The position numbers and the translations under genes were made by a program. From contig CALZAJ010000003.1 of the NCBI GenBank assembly GCA_945613785.1, positions 1-34,994 on the forward strand: DNA of 34,994 bases, in the 5' to 3' direction. The notes beneath the pieces were generated by a model. It was given only the letters and a program-made list of their open reading frames with translations. It was not told where the DNA came from and made no database searches. Every line of letters starts with the position of its first letter. The stretch's first letter is position 1. This DNA is from an uncultured Verrucomicrobiota bacterium. Its GTDB lineage: Bacteria; Verrucomicrobiota; Kiritimatiellia; RFP12; UBA1067. Positions 26,138 to 34,994 of this stretch are shown piece after piece.

Positions 26138-29100
26138 TTACTGTTCGATGACGACCTTGTAGAAGCCGCTCGTGCCGTTGTCCTCCGGCAGCTCGATGGC
26201 CTGAGCGTCGGCGCCGATCTTGACCGTCGCGGACTTGACCTTGCTCCAGTCGGCTTCGAGCGTGTCCTTGTGGTAGACCACACAGGTGACCTCGGTCGGG
26301 GCCGTCTCGAGCTGTCCGTAGAGACCCGTCGCGAGCTCCTTCTGTGTGCCGTCGACCTGGATGACAAGCTTGCCGTCCTCGAAGCCGATGGAGGAGATCG
26401 TGACCGAGTCGACCTCGGACTCGACCGTCAGCCTGCCGGACTCGTCGACCGAAAGCGAATTCGGATCGACGTTGAGCGCAAGCGCCGCGTCCTTCGGCGA
26501 AGAAAGCGTATAGACGACTTGCGCGCCCAGTCCATCGCCCGTGGCGCCGGCGCCAAGCTTCACGGCGAGGTTGTTCGCCAGCGATTTCATAACCGCGGCA
26601 TCGCCGGGGAGAGTGGCATCGATCTTGTCCGTGCCGTTGAGAAGCTTGCCGCCGTTGGTGGCAACCTCCCAGGCGTCGGGCAGATTGTTGCCGTTGACAT
26701 CCGTATCTTCAATGTAGAGTAGCGCCGTTTCCGAGCTCGTCCCCGTATCGCCCACGACTATAGCCGCGGGAGCATAAGGCGCGTCTGAAGATTTCTCGCG
26801 CGAGCAGACATAGCCCCACGATTCGAAGCTGTCGCGCACGTACGCATTCCCGTAATTCTTCGAATCGAGCCAGGCCATGATGTAGTATTTGCCGCGCGGC
26901 AGACCGTAGACGAGCGCATTGGCAATATGCGCAACTTTCGCGGATGTCACCGAGGAGGTGTTGGTTACCACCGTGCGCGAGACGGGCGTGCCGCTGAAGT
27001 CCGGCGTGCCGTACGCAGCGACGCGGACCACCGCATCGTCGAGCGCGGCCTTGGGACCGAAGTATTTGACCGCCACCGGCGCGGAGCCGCTGACGTAACC
27101 GTTCGCGGGCGCGCTCATACGGAAGACCGGGCCTTCGGACGACCAGAAGTCGCTCTTGAACTTCGAGTTGTACATCGTCACGCGCCATGAATAGTTCTTG
27201 TCGTTCTCAAGCGTTTCGCCGACATACGCTTCGGATTCGAAGGTGTAGGTCTTGTCGGACGCCATCGGCGGCGTGCGGCGGATGCCCGAATCCCAGATGG
27301 TCTTCGCGCCATCGAGAATCTGCACGCGGAAGGCGGAATACGAATTCACGCCGTTCATGGTCCACTTAAACGTCGGATGCGAAGCGTTGACGATCGACCC
27401 TTCCGAGCCCGGAGCGATCGCCACCGGACGCGTGCGGTTCTTTGTCGAGTCGAGGTGGCGCACCGTGGCGATCGAGAAGAGGTTGTTCGTCGTATCGGTT
27501 TCGATAGTGCCGTTGCCCATTACGATCCGGTAAGTGACGTTGGTCGGATCGCCGCAATACTCCTTGACATATCCGTTTTTGACCACCTCTTGTTCAAAGT
27601 ATTCCCAATCGAGATCGAAGACGTTATCGCCCAGAACATCGCCCTCGAAGAAGAACGAGCGCTGATCAAGTTCGATCCACTTGTCGACGATCACGCGGTT
27701 GGCGACGCCGACCTGGTCGACGCCCCACCCATTAATGAGCGTGCGGATAACGCGAATTCGTTCGTACTTGCCGCCAGAAGGCTCGCCGGGGAGGAGGTTG
27801 CGGTTGTCGCCGTCTTCCGTTCCGTAAAGGACGAAGCGGTCGGACAGGCCGGTCTTGATATCCGCGCGGGTGATAACCGGGCTGACATCGGTAAGTTCGA
27901 TTTCGCCCTTCGCCGAATACCAACCCACATTGATTCCGCGAACAAAGCCCAAGGGCTCGCCAGGAGTGTAGGTGCCGGAGTTGTCGAGATCGATAAAGGC
28001 AACAATCGAGTTGAAGCCTTCCTTCACATAGCCGCTTTCGGGCTTGGCGAAGACAAGCGTCTGCTTGCCGCTCGCAAGGCTTTCAACTGGCGTTGCCTTG
28101 TAGACGGCGTCGGGCACTACGAGATCGGCGCTGGTGTAGGTTTGGATTACCACCGGCGCGTAGGCGGCGACATTCTGGGCTTCGCCGGCTGTGCCGGAGT
28201 TCGTCTCCCCATCGGCATTGCCACCGGTGGTCAGCACCTGCTGGCCGTTGTAATAGAACGTGAGATAGATTGTCGGCTCGGGGCGTCCAGCGATGCCGCT
28301 GGTGACAACCGTGTTCGTATCGTTCGTAGAAGCGGCCGCGAAGTCGCGGTAGCGGCGCTCGGCGAAATTGGTCCAGCCGTCGTCGTCGTTGTCGGTAAGC
28401 TGATCCCAGGCGAACCGGTTCGAGAACTCGGTGCCGACTTCGTCTTCCCAATCGTCCTCAATCATATCGTTGTCAGTGAAGATCTCACCGGCATAGAGCG
28501 AGCCGATCTGGTAGAAGTAATCGAGGTTGAACGGATCGACCGAGAAGGCGTTGTCGGGGTCGAACTTGACGCCGAGGTCAAACACCTCCGAAAGGAGATA
28601 TTCAACATAGTTGCAAAGCCCGTCGCCGTCTTGATCGTCCATCGCGCCGGCGCCCTTGATGTGATACTTGAAGGCCATGGCGTCGCCAATGCCATCGCTG
28701 CCGGTGTCGCCGGCGAACGGATCGGTCGGATGGTAGCCGCCGTCGTATTCCTGATACATCGTAAGCGTGTCGGCGTCGGCATCGAAGCTGCGGTCATCGC
28801 GATTCCACGGCGAGTGCGGCGCGGCGGCGAGGCGGCAATAGGCGGGTGCGCCCTTGTCGTCGTTGCCGAACATCGTGTAGAGTTCCCAGCCGTCCAGCAC
28901 GCCGTCGGCATCCTGATCGATCTGCTTGTAGCCCGTCACAATCTCCTTCTTGTTCGTGATCGCTCCGACCGCGAGGAGGTAATCCGCCACGTAGGTCTTG
29001 TCCTTCTTCGTGAAGTTCTTGGAGTTGACCCACTCCGTGCGCGGAATCCAGCCGTTCGCCGTGTTGGAGTTGAAGCCGAACTTCGAGTAGACCTGGGCGT

Positions 29101-32100
29101 GGACGAACACGATGTTCTGCCAGCCGTAGCCCGCGTAGCCGTTGTCCTTGAAGCTGCTGTCGGCCGTGTTGATGACCTTGAAGCCGGAGCCGGCCTGGAA
29201 GGTCACGTTGGTACCGATACCGAAGAGCTTCTGCTTCTTCTTGCCGTAGTAGTAGGTGGACATCAGCGAGGTGATGTTCTCGGCCGGCTCGCCGTTGCGA
29301 ATCGGGCATTCGGTCGGGGAGAGCTTCGTATCCTCGGAGAGGTAGTCGCTCACCCAGTACCAGGCCGCGTCGTTCTTGTTCGTGCCGGTGCCGATGTAGA
29401 CGAGGTAACCCTTGGCGGTGGCGTAAGCCATCACGTCGCGCTCCAGCCATTCGCCGCCGTTGTCGAGAACCGGATCTTCATCGTCCGTATCCGGGACGTC
29501 GTCGCCGTCGGAGTCGGGCTCTTCATCGTCCGTATCCTTCGCGCCTTCAAGCGGATCCTCGATCTCGCCGAACTCAGGAGCGACCGGGTTGAAGATGCCG
29601 TACTTCTCGTAGAAGTCTTCGTCGCGGTCATAGATGCCGTTGTCGTTCCAGTCGGTATCCTGGAGGTAGACCGTCGCGGTCTCGCTCGGGTTGAGCTTGG
29701 CGAGCAGCGCGCGCGGCTCGAAGCCGTACTCGGTCTCACCGAGACGCGTCACATAACCCCAGGCGTCGTACGGACGGCGAATCTCATTGTTCGCACGGCC
29801 GTCGTCGGGATTCTTGACCGCCCAGGCGGCAACATAGTAGGAGCCATTCTCACGGAGGCCGGAGATCGTATTCGTCACGCCGGTCGTCTGGCCCGTGATG
29901 ATCTTCACGGGATTGACGAGGTCCTCGCTCTCGTAGACCGCAACGGTGATGCCGTCGAGGGAGTCGAGAATCGGATGAATGACCTGGACATCGAGCTTGC
30001 CGTTGAAGTTCTTCGCCGCGTTGACGCTGAACTCCGCGATCTCGCTCCACTCGGTCTCGTCGTCGACGACCGTGTCAGGACCGCCGAACTTGTCGTTACC
30101 GAGGAGGATGCGGACCGTGTGGGTGCCAACGTCGAGGTTGGAGCCCATGAGCTCCTCGAGGTCGAGCGTCTTACGGCCACGCGCAACGCCCGTGAGCGGG
30201 AAGCCGCCCTCGTCGCCGAACTCAGCGCCGTCAACCTCGATCCAGAAGCGGGTATAGATGAAGCCATCCGTCGGGATCGTGAAGGAGATCATCGTGTCGC
30301 CGACGAGCGAATCCGCCGTGCCGATCACGTTGTTGGCGCGGTCACGCTTGAGCGAGTAGTGGATCGTGAACTCCTCGTTGACCTGCTGGTCAACCGTCTG
30401 GAGGGTGATCTCACCGGTCTCCTCGTTCACGACCTGGACCGTATAGTGGTTGAGGTTGGTCACGCTGATCGTGTTCTGGTTGTCATTGAGCGCACCCGTC
30501 TCACCGTCGACGATGCGCGGCACCGTCAGGCGGACGATCTCATACGTGACGGACTCGAGGGTTGTCGGATCGGACGCAAGGTCGAAGTCTTCCACCAGCA
30601 TCTTGTCGAGGCCGATGAACTCGTAGGCCTTGTTATCCGGATCTTCCGGATCTTCCGTGAGCATCCATTCCTCAGGATACACGCAGTCGCGGTTGACGTT
30701 GTTCCAGTACTTGCGGAGGAGCACGCCCTTCGGGGTGATTTCCTTGCCGTTCTTCTTCGTGCGGACGAAGCCGATGAGCTGGTAGACCTCGTCATCCTTG
30801 ACAAGCGGGATCACCGGGAAGGCCTCGTTCTTGTCACCGAGCTGGATGGAGATGTCGCCACCCTTCCAGCCAACCGTGGTCTCGGTCGTGCCGTAGGTCA
30901 TCTCATAGGAGAACTCGACCGCCTGCGCATCGGCGGGAGCACCCGCCTCAGCGCCGCCCTCGGCCTCGCCGACGACGTACGCGCGGAAGAGCGCCGCACC
31001 CTGCTTGAGCGAACCGGCCGTAGGCTCGGCGAGCGTCACCTGGGCGATGCCGCCGCTGAACTCGGCAGTGACGTTCCACGTCGCCTGGAGTTCCGTGCCG
31101 TTCTCCGGGAAGGTCGGATTGACCTGGAAGGCCTCGACGATCACCGCGAGGGTGTCGTTGCCCGCATAGCGGAGCGTGAGGTTCATCGTCGGCATGATCT
31201 TGCCGCTGAAGTCGTGTTCGACCATCCAGACTTCCGTTGTGACCGCGCCGTCATCGGAGACGACCTCAGTCGCGTTGGAGGTGGTGTTGGCGTAGCCGTA
31301 ACGCGCCGCGGACCAGTAATCCCAGCCCGTCGCCATCGAGGCCGTGCCGGCGCCCTGGAGGGCGTCCATGCCGAGGGCCGCGCGGGCTTCGATCTCGATG
31401 AACTCAGCCGCGTTGAAGCGCTTGCCGAGGTAGGTCTTGACGCCACGGTCCGTGAAGCTACGGAAGTAGTCCGGCGTCACGCCGTCGGAGAACGCCTTCG
31501 TCAGGTCGATGTCGGCGAGCGAGGTCGGATCGAGGTAGTAGCCGAGCATTTCGCCCAGCGCGTGGACCTGATCGAGATCGTCGTCAGCATAGTACTTGTC
31601 CGGCGTCACGCCGAAGTTCTTCGCCACCGCGTCGGTGAGGTAGTCGAATTCCTCGGGATCGCCCGTCAGGAGTTCGCTCTTGAAGAGCTCGTCGCGGACG
31701 GTATACTTGTTCCACGGATCGGTCGGCTGCAGGCCACGATTGTATTCCTTGTAGTTCTCAAGCGTGTCGCCGTCGTTGTCGCTGGCGCGATCGCCGTATT
31801 TCCACGGGCTGATGGCGGTGCCGTTCGTGAACGTCGTCGCGTTCATCTCGTTCGGACCGAACATCACATAGAGCTCCCAGCCGTCGCTGACGCCGTCCTC
31901 GTCGAGGTCGGTGTTGTACGGCTTGAGCGTGTAGTTCTTCCAGAGGTTCTTGATGTTGACTTCCTTCTCGTCGCAGATGCCGAGCGACTCGAGGTAGCGG
32001 ACGACGAGGTACTTGTCGAGCGCCGTGAACGGCTTGGTGTTCACCGCGTCAGGACCGGCCACTGCCGTGAGCGGGTTGAAGCCGAACACCGCATAGACCT

Positions 32101-34994
32101 GCGCATGGACGTAGGCGACCTGCTCGGTCGAGACCGCCGCGACACGGTTCTCCGTGCCAGCTTCGGCCGTCAGCTCGACACGGCCACCACGGCCGACGTA
32201 CTTGACAGCCTTGCCGTTCTCGATCACCGGATACTCGTACATGGAGTAGAGCTCGAGGCCCTCGGCCGAGTCGCCGACGAACGGAATCTCCGAACCCTCG
32301 GCGAGGATGTACTTGTAGGCGGTCGCGCCTTCCGTCGTGTTGCGGACGGTGATGACGGTCGCATTGGTGACCGCGAAGGCCATCACGTCGCCGTCAGCCG
32401 CTTCGTCGGCATCCGGGAAGTTCGGGTCGAGGTCGGCATAGAGCGCTTCCCAGCCGTCGGGCATGCCGTCGTTGTCGGAATCCTGCTTGTCCTTGTCGGT
32501 ACCGAACGAATCCTCGTCGGTGTCGCTGAGACCGTCGTCATCGGAGTCGGTTCCGAGCGCAGCTTGCTGCTGGCCTTCCTCGACGCTGAAGAACTTCGGT
32601 TCGCTGCAGTCCGGAATCTCGTTCTTGTTGGTGTCGCAGTCTTCGATGTAGATTGTGACGGACGGATAGGCCATCATCTCGTCGGTGACCGTGACGTCCG
32701 CCGGCGTGTAGATCGAGACCGCATCGGTGCCGACGTAGTTGGCGTAGCCCCACGGCTCCCAATTGTCGCGCACACCGTTGTTGTTCAAATCGGCGTAGGC
32801 GCGCAGGTAGTAATCGCCCGGCGCAATGCCGCGCAAGGCGACATTGGTCGTCGTCAAATCGTAGTAGTCGCTGATGGACGCGGTGTCGGCAACGCGCATG
32901 CGCGCAGCGGGGGCGCCGGTGAAGTCGGCGTTCTCAAACGCTTCGACCACGATCAGGTTCGTGAGGTCGGACGTACGGGCCGTACCGAAGTAGCGGACGG
33001 ACGCGGCGACATTGCCGTAGCCGGTCGGGATCATCGGATGACGGTTGACGTTGGCGACGTCCATCTGGAACTCGCCCCACTTGCTCCACACCGCGTCATC
33101 GTCGGACTCGTTGTACTTCGCGTTGAGGAGCGCGACACGCCAGAAGTAGTTGGTGTTGTCGTTGAAGATCGCCGAACCGTTCGTCGAGACGCAGCAGCCC
33201 GCGTAGAGGTCAGGCGTGACCGCGTAGACCGAGGTGCCCGCCGTGAGACCCGTGCGGCCCGGCAGCACCGTGACGCCGGAATCGTAGACCATCTCGGTCA
33301 TGTTCGTCGAGGTCCAGACCTGGAGGCGGTAGGCCTTCATCGTCTCGTCGTTGTTGACGAAGCGGAAGGTCGGACGCGCCGAGTAGACCGGCTGGGCGTC
33401 GATCGGTTCGCGGAGCGTCGGGATGGCGCGCTGCGTGCCGAAGGTGTTGACGAAGCTGGAGATGACGAGGTTCGAGGTCGAACCGTCAGGCATCGTGACG
33501 ACCTGCTCGATGTCGTAGCCGACGCTGATCAGCTCGCTGTCGAGGTCCTTCAGGCCAAGCTTCTTGGCGTCCTTGACGAGCCACTTCCAGTCAAGGTCGG
33601 GCTGGGCGATCGTCAGGATGTCGGCTTCCGTGATGTACGGACGGTCATCGAGGACCACCGTGCGCGCCGGAATCGAGCGCATCTGGATCGTCTTGCCTTC
33701 GATCTTGTTCTGGCCGTTGATCTCCTTGCGGCGGACGGTCACCTTGATCGTCTGCTGCGCGACAGGATCCGCCGCGGCTTCACCGCCCTCGGCGCCCGCG
33801 TTGGCGTCGGCGACGGCTTCGATCTCCGTGCGCGCGATCACGCTCGAGGAATCCTTGACCTCGATGACGAGTTCCGGCGTCTTGTGCCAGCCGATCGTCA
33901 CGTTCTGGAGCATGCCATAGGGCTCGCCCTCGGTGAACTGACCGTTGCCGTCGAGGTCGATGAACGCCTCAACCGTGTTGACGCCCTCGCGGACGCGGCC
34001 CTTGGTCGCTTCGCTGACCCAGATGGCCTGCGGCCAGTTCTCGCCGATGCGATAGGTCCAGTCGACGCGGAAGACACAGCCGTCGAGCGACTCGCCGCTA
34101 CCGGCGACCACCAGACCGAGGTCGATGGAGTACTCGCCCGTGCGGTAGTCAATCTTACCGATCAGCGTACGGGACGCGCTGTTGGTCGGCGTGTAGTAGA
34201 TCTCGCCATAGTGGCCGTCGGTATCCGAGACCATCGTCGCGAACTGCTCCCACTCAATCGCCGAATCGACGATTTCGATGTTAGGATTGTAGAGCAGCGC
34301 CTCAAGGTACTCTTCGTACGTACCGGTACGAACTCCGTAGTTTTGATCCTCAGGATCCGTCCAACGATAGTTCTGGTTGGAGGTCATCTTCGTCTTGGAG
34401 AAGATGCCGCTGCCAGGAACGACGCAGCCCGGGTTGAGGAAGCCATGGAGCTTCGCCTCGCCGAAGAAGCCGCCGAGCACGCGCGTGCCGGTCTGGACCT
34501 CGCCAGCGGAGCCCTCGACCATGAAGGTCGCGTCGACACGCGGCGAGGTGCCGGTGTAGGTGCGGACCACGAGGCCGGCGCCGGAGATGTCCTGCACGCC
34601 ATGATAGGTGATGCGGACGCCGATTGCCGGGGTCGGATAGCAGAGGACCTGGAGGTTGCCGTCGAGGAAGCGGTCGATGAGGTCGGCCGCGTAGCTGCCG
34701 CGCCAGGTGAACGCACGGCACTCGGCGAAGTTGGACCAGCCATCCTCGTCCTTGTCGTCGTTCGGATCGTAGACGCCGAGCGAGCTGTAGTTGACGTTGT
34801 ACTGCTTCTCCCACCAGTCTTCCATGAAGTCATGGTCGGTCGCAATCTCGCCGAGGTACTCGTTCGGGCTCAGGTTGGCCGCAATGTCCGCGACGTTCGT
34901 CGGACCGGAGAGGAAGTAATCCACGACCTGCTGGTCATAGCCGGTGCGCGCGAGCAGCGGGTTGAGGAACGGGAAGCCGTTCACCATCCCGTAC
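26138..34994 (-). CDS. Giant acidic extracellular protein (5'-truncated, >2949 aa) with ~1000-aa super-repeats, many DxDxDG/DxNxNG Ca-binding motifs and Ig/Fn3-like beta domains
   Basis: Single open frame to the window edge with strong GC3 bias. Motifs include DSDNDGMPDGWE, DLDEDGVSDGWE, DQDADGVLDGWE, AFIDLDGNG/AFIDLDNSG and three WGY-containing modules. It ends in ...SGFYKVVIEQ. Confidence 0.9.
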   Translation of the reverse strand, partial: YGMVNGFPFLNPLLARTGYDQQVVDYFLSGPTNVADIAANLSPNEYLGEIATDHDFMEDWWEKQYNVNYSSLGVYDPNDDKDEDGWSNFAECRAFTWRGSYAADLIDRFLDGNLQVLCYPTPAIGVRITYHGVQDISGAGLVVRTYTGTSPRVDATFMVEGSAGEVQTGTRVLGGFFGEAKLHGFLNPGCVVPGSGIFSKTKMTSNQNYRWTDPEDQNYGVRTGTYEEYLEALLYNPNIEIVDSAIEWEQFATMVSDTDGHYGEIYYTPTNSASRTLIGKIDYRTGEYSIDLGLVVAGSGESLDGCVFRVDWTYRIGENWPQAIWVSEATKGRVREGVNTVEAFIDLDGNGQFTEGEPYGMLQNVTIGWHKTPELVIEVKDSSSVIARTEIEAVADANAGAEGGEAAADPVAQQTIKVTVRRKEINGQNKIEGKTIQMRSIPARTVVLDDRPYITEADILTIAQPDLDWKWLVKDAKKLGLKDLDSELISVGYDIEQVVTMPDGSTSNLVISSFVNTFGTQRAIPTLREPIDAQPVYSARPTFRFVNNDETMKAYRLQVWTSTNMTEMVYDSGVTVLPGRTGLTAGTSVYAVTPDLYAGCCVSTNGSAIFNDNTNYFWRVALLNAKYNESDDDAVWSKWGEFQMDVANVNRHPMIPTGYGNVAASVRYFGTARTSDLTNLIVVEAFENADFTGAPAARMRVADTASISDYYDLTTTNVALRGIAPGDYYLRAYADLNNNGVRDNWEPWGYANYVGTDAVSIYTPADVTVTDEMMAYPSVTIYIEDCDTNKNEIPDCSEPKFFSVEEGQQQAALGTDSDDDGLSDTDEDSFGTDKDKQDSDNDGMPDGWEALYADLDPNFPDADEAADGDVMAFAVTNATVITVRNTTEGATAYKYILAEGSEIPFVGDSAEGLELYSMYEYPVIENGKAVKYVGRGGRVELTAEAGTENRVAAVSTEQVAYVHAQVYAVFGFNPLTAVAGPDAVNTKPFTALDKYLVVRYLESLGICDEKEVNIKNLWKNYTLKPYNTDLDEDGVSDGWELYVMFGPNEMNATTFTNGTAISPWKYGDRASDNDGDTLENYKEYNRGLQPTDPWNKYTVRDELFKSELLTGDPEEFDYLTDAVAKNFGVTPDKYYADDDLDQVHALGEMLGYYLDPTSLADIDLTKAFSDGVTPDYFRSFTDRGVKTYLGKRFNAAEFIEIEARAALGMDALQGAGTASMATGWDYWSAARYGYANTTSNATEVVSDDGAVTTEVWMVEHDFSGKIMPTMNLTLRYAGNDTLAVIVEAFQVNPTFPENGTELQATWNVTAEFSGGIAQVTLAEPTAGSLKQGAALFRAYVVGEAEGGAEAGAPADAQAVEFSYEMTYGTTETTVGWKGGDISIQLGDKNEAFPVIPLVKDDEVYQLIGFVRTKKNGKEITPKGVLLRKYWNNVNRDCVYPEEWMLTEDPEDPDNKAYEFIGLDKMLVEDFDLASDPTTLESVTYEIVRLTVPRIVDGETGALNDNQNTISVTNLNHYTVQVVNEETGEITLQTVDQQVNEEFTIHYSLKRDRANNVIGTADSLVGDTMISFTIPTDGFIYTRFWIEVDGAEFGDEGGFPLTGVARGRKTLDLEELMGSNLDVGTHTVRILLGNDKFGGPDTVVDDETEWSEIAEFSVNAAKNFNGKLDVQVIHPILDSLDGITVAVYESEDLVNPVKIITGQTTGVTNTISGLRENGSYYVAAWAVKNPDDGRANNEIRRPYDAWGYVTRLGETEYGFEPRALLAKLNPSETATVYLQDTDWNDNGIYDRDEDFYEKYGIFNPVAPEFGEIEDPLEGAKDTDDEEPDSDGDDVPDTDDEDPVLDNGGEWLERDVMAYATAKGYLVYIGTGTNKNDAAWYWVSDYLSEDTKLSPTECPIRNGEPAENITSLMSTYYYGKKKQKLFGIGTNVTFQAGSGFKVINTADSSFKDNGYAGYGWQNIVFVHAQVYSKFGFNSNTANGWIPRTEWVNSKNFTKKDKTYVADYLLAVGAITNKKEIVTGYKQIDQDADGVLDGWELYTMFGNDDKGAPAYCRLAAAPHSPWNRDDRSFDADADTLTMYQEYDGGYHPTDPFAGDTGSDGIGDAMAFKYHIKGAGAMDDQDGDGLCNYVEYLLSEVFDLGVKFDPDNAFSVDPFNLDYFYQIGSLYAGEIFTDNDMIEDDWEDEVGTEFSNRFAWDQLTDNDDDGWTNFAERRYRDFAAASTNDTNTVVTSGIAGRPEPTIYLTFYYNGQQVLTTGGNADGETNSGTAGEAQNVAAYAPVVIQTYTSADLVVPDAVYKATPVESLASGKQTLVFAKPESGYVKEGFNSIVAFIDLDNSGTYTPGEPLGFVRGINVGWYSAKGEIELTDVSPVITRADIKTGLSDRFVLYGTEDGDNRNLLPGEPSGGKYERIRVIRTLINGWGVDQVGVANRVIVDKWIELDQRSFFFEGDVLGDNVFDLDWEYFEQEVVKNGYVKEYCGDPTNVTYRIVMGNGTIETDTTNNLFSIATVRHLDSTKNRTRPVAIAPGSEGSIVNASHPTFKWTMNGVNSYSAFRVQILDGAKTIWDSGIRRTPPMASDKTYTFESEAYVGETLENDKNYSWRVTMYNSKFKSDFWSSEGPVFRMSAPANGYVSGSAPVAVKYFGPKAALDDAVVRVAAYGTPDFSGTPVSRTVVTNTSSVTSAKVAHIANALVYGLPRGKYYIMAWLDSKNYGNAYVRDSFESWGYVCSREKSSDAPYAPAAIVVGDTGTSSETALLYIEDTDVNGNNLPDAWEVATNGGKLLNGTDKIDATLPGDAAVMKSLANNLAVKLGAGATGDGLGAQVVYTLSSPKDAALALNVDPNSLSVDESGRLTVESEVDSVTISSIGFEDGKLVIQVDGTQKELATGLYGQLETAPTEVTCVVYHKDTLEADWSKVKSATVKIGADAQAIELPEDNGTSGFYKVVIEQ
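29475..29537. repeat. Exact 18-bp direct repeat (TCTTCATCGTCCGTATCC) 45 bp apart, encoding DTDDE twice
   Basis: Copies at 29475-29492 and 29520-29537, in the acidic linker DTDDEEPDSDGDDVPDTDDEDP. Confidence 0.8.

Noticed and set aside
34981-34994. ATG at 34987 as the start of the giant protein
   Set aside because: The frame stays open to the window edge and no signal peptide follows, so the gene is treated as 5'-truncated.
1-34994. Mobile element, prophage, tRNA or rRNA
   Set aside because: No integrase, transposase, phage gene or terminal repeats were seen, and the intergenic gaps are too short or already accounted for.

Overview
All credible genes in this GC-rich 35 kb window lie on the minus strand, packed like an operon. 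Gene content and protein style suggest a PVC-superphylum bacterium, probably Verrucomicrobiota/Kiritimatiellia-like; this is an inference. In transcription order: a 5'-truncated giant acidic protein (>2949 aa) built from ~1000-aa super-repeats with DxDxDG Ca-binding motifs; ackA; pta; kdsD; a five-gene secretin/pilus-like cluster resembling Akkermansia Amuc_1102-1101-1100-1099-1098 (hypothetical, PilM-PilN fusion, PilO-like, Ca-motif membrane protein, PilQ/GspD secretin); coaE; rho with a Q/G/N-rich N-terminal extension; a 1382-aa InlB-B-repeat surface protein; uvrA; a 1747-aa S8 protease/adhesin; and the start of recA. The most unusual observations are: a strict 9-bp-period CTAG array between ackA and pta; a C-terminal domain shared by two unrelated large exported proteins near the secretin cluster (candidate sorting signal); the super-repeat architecture of the giant protein; and short repeat-like in-frame insertions in uvrA. 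I saw no rRNA, tRNA, CRISPR array or transposase.
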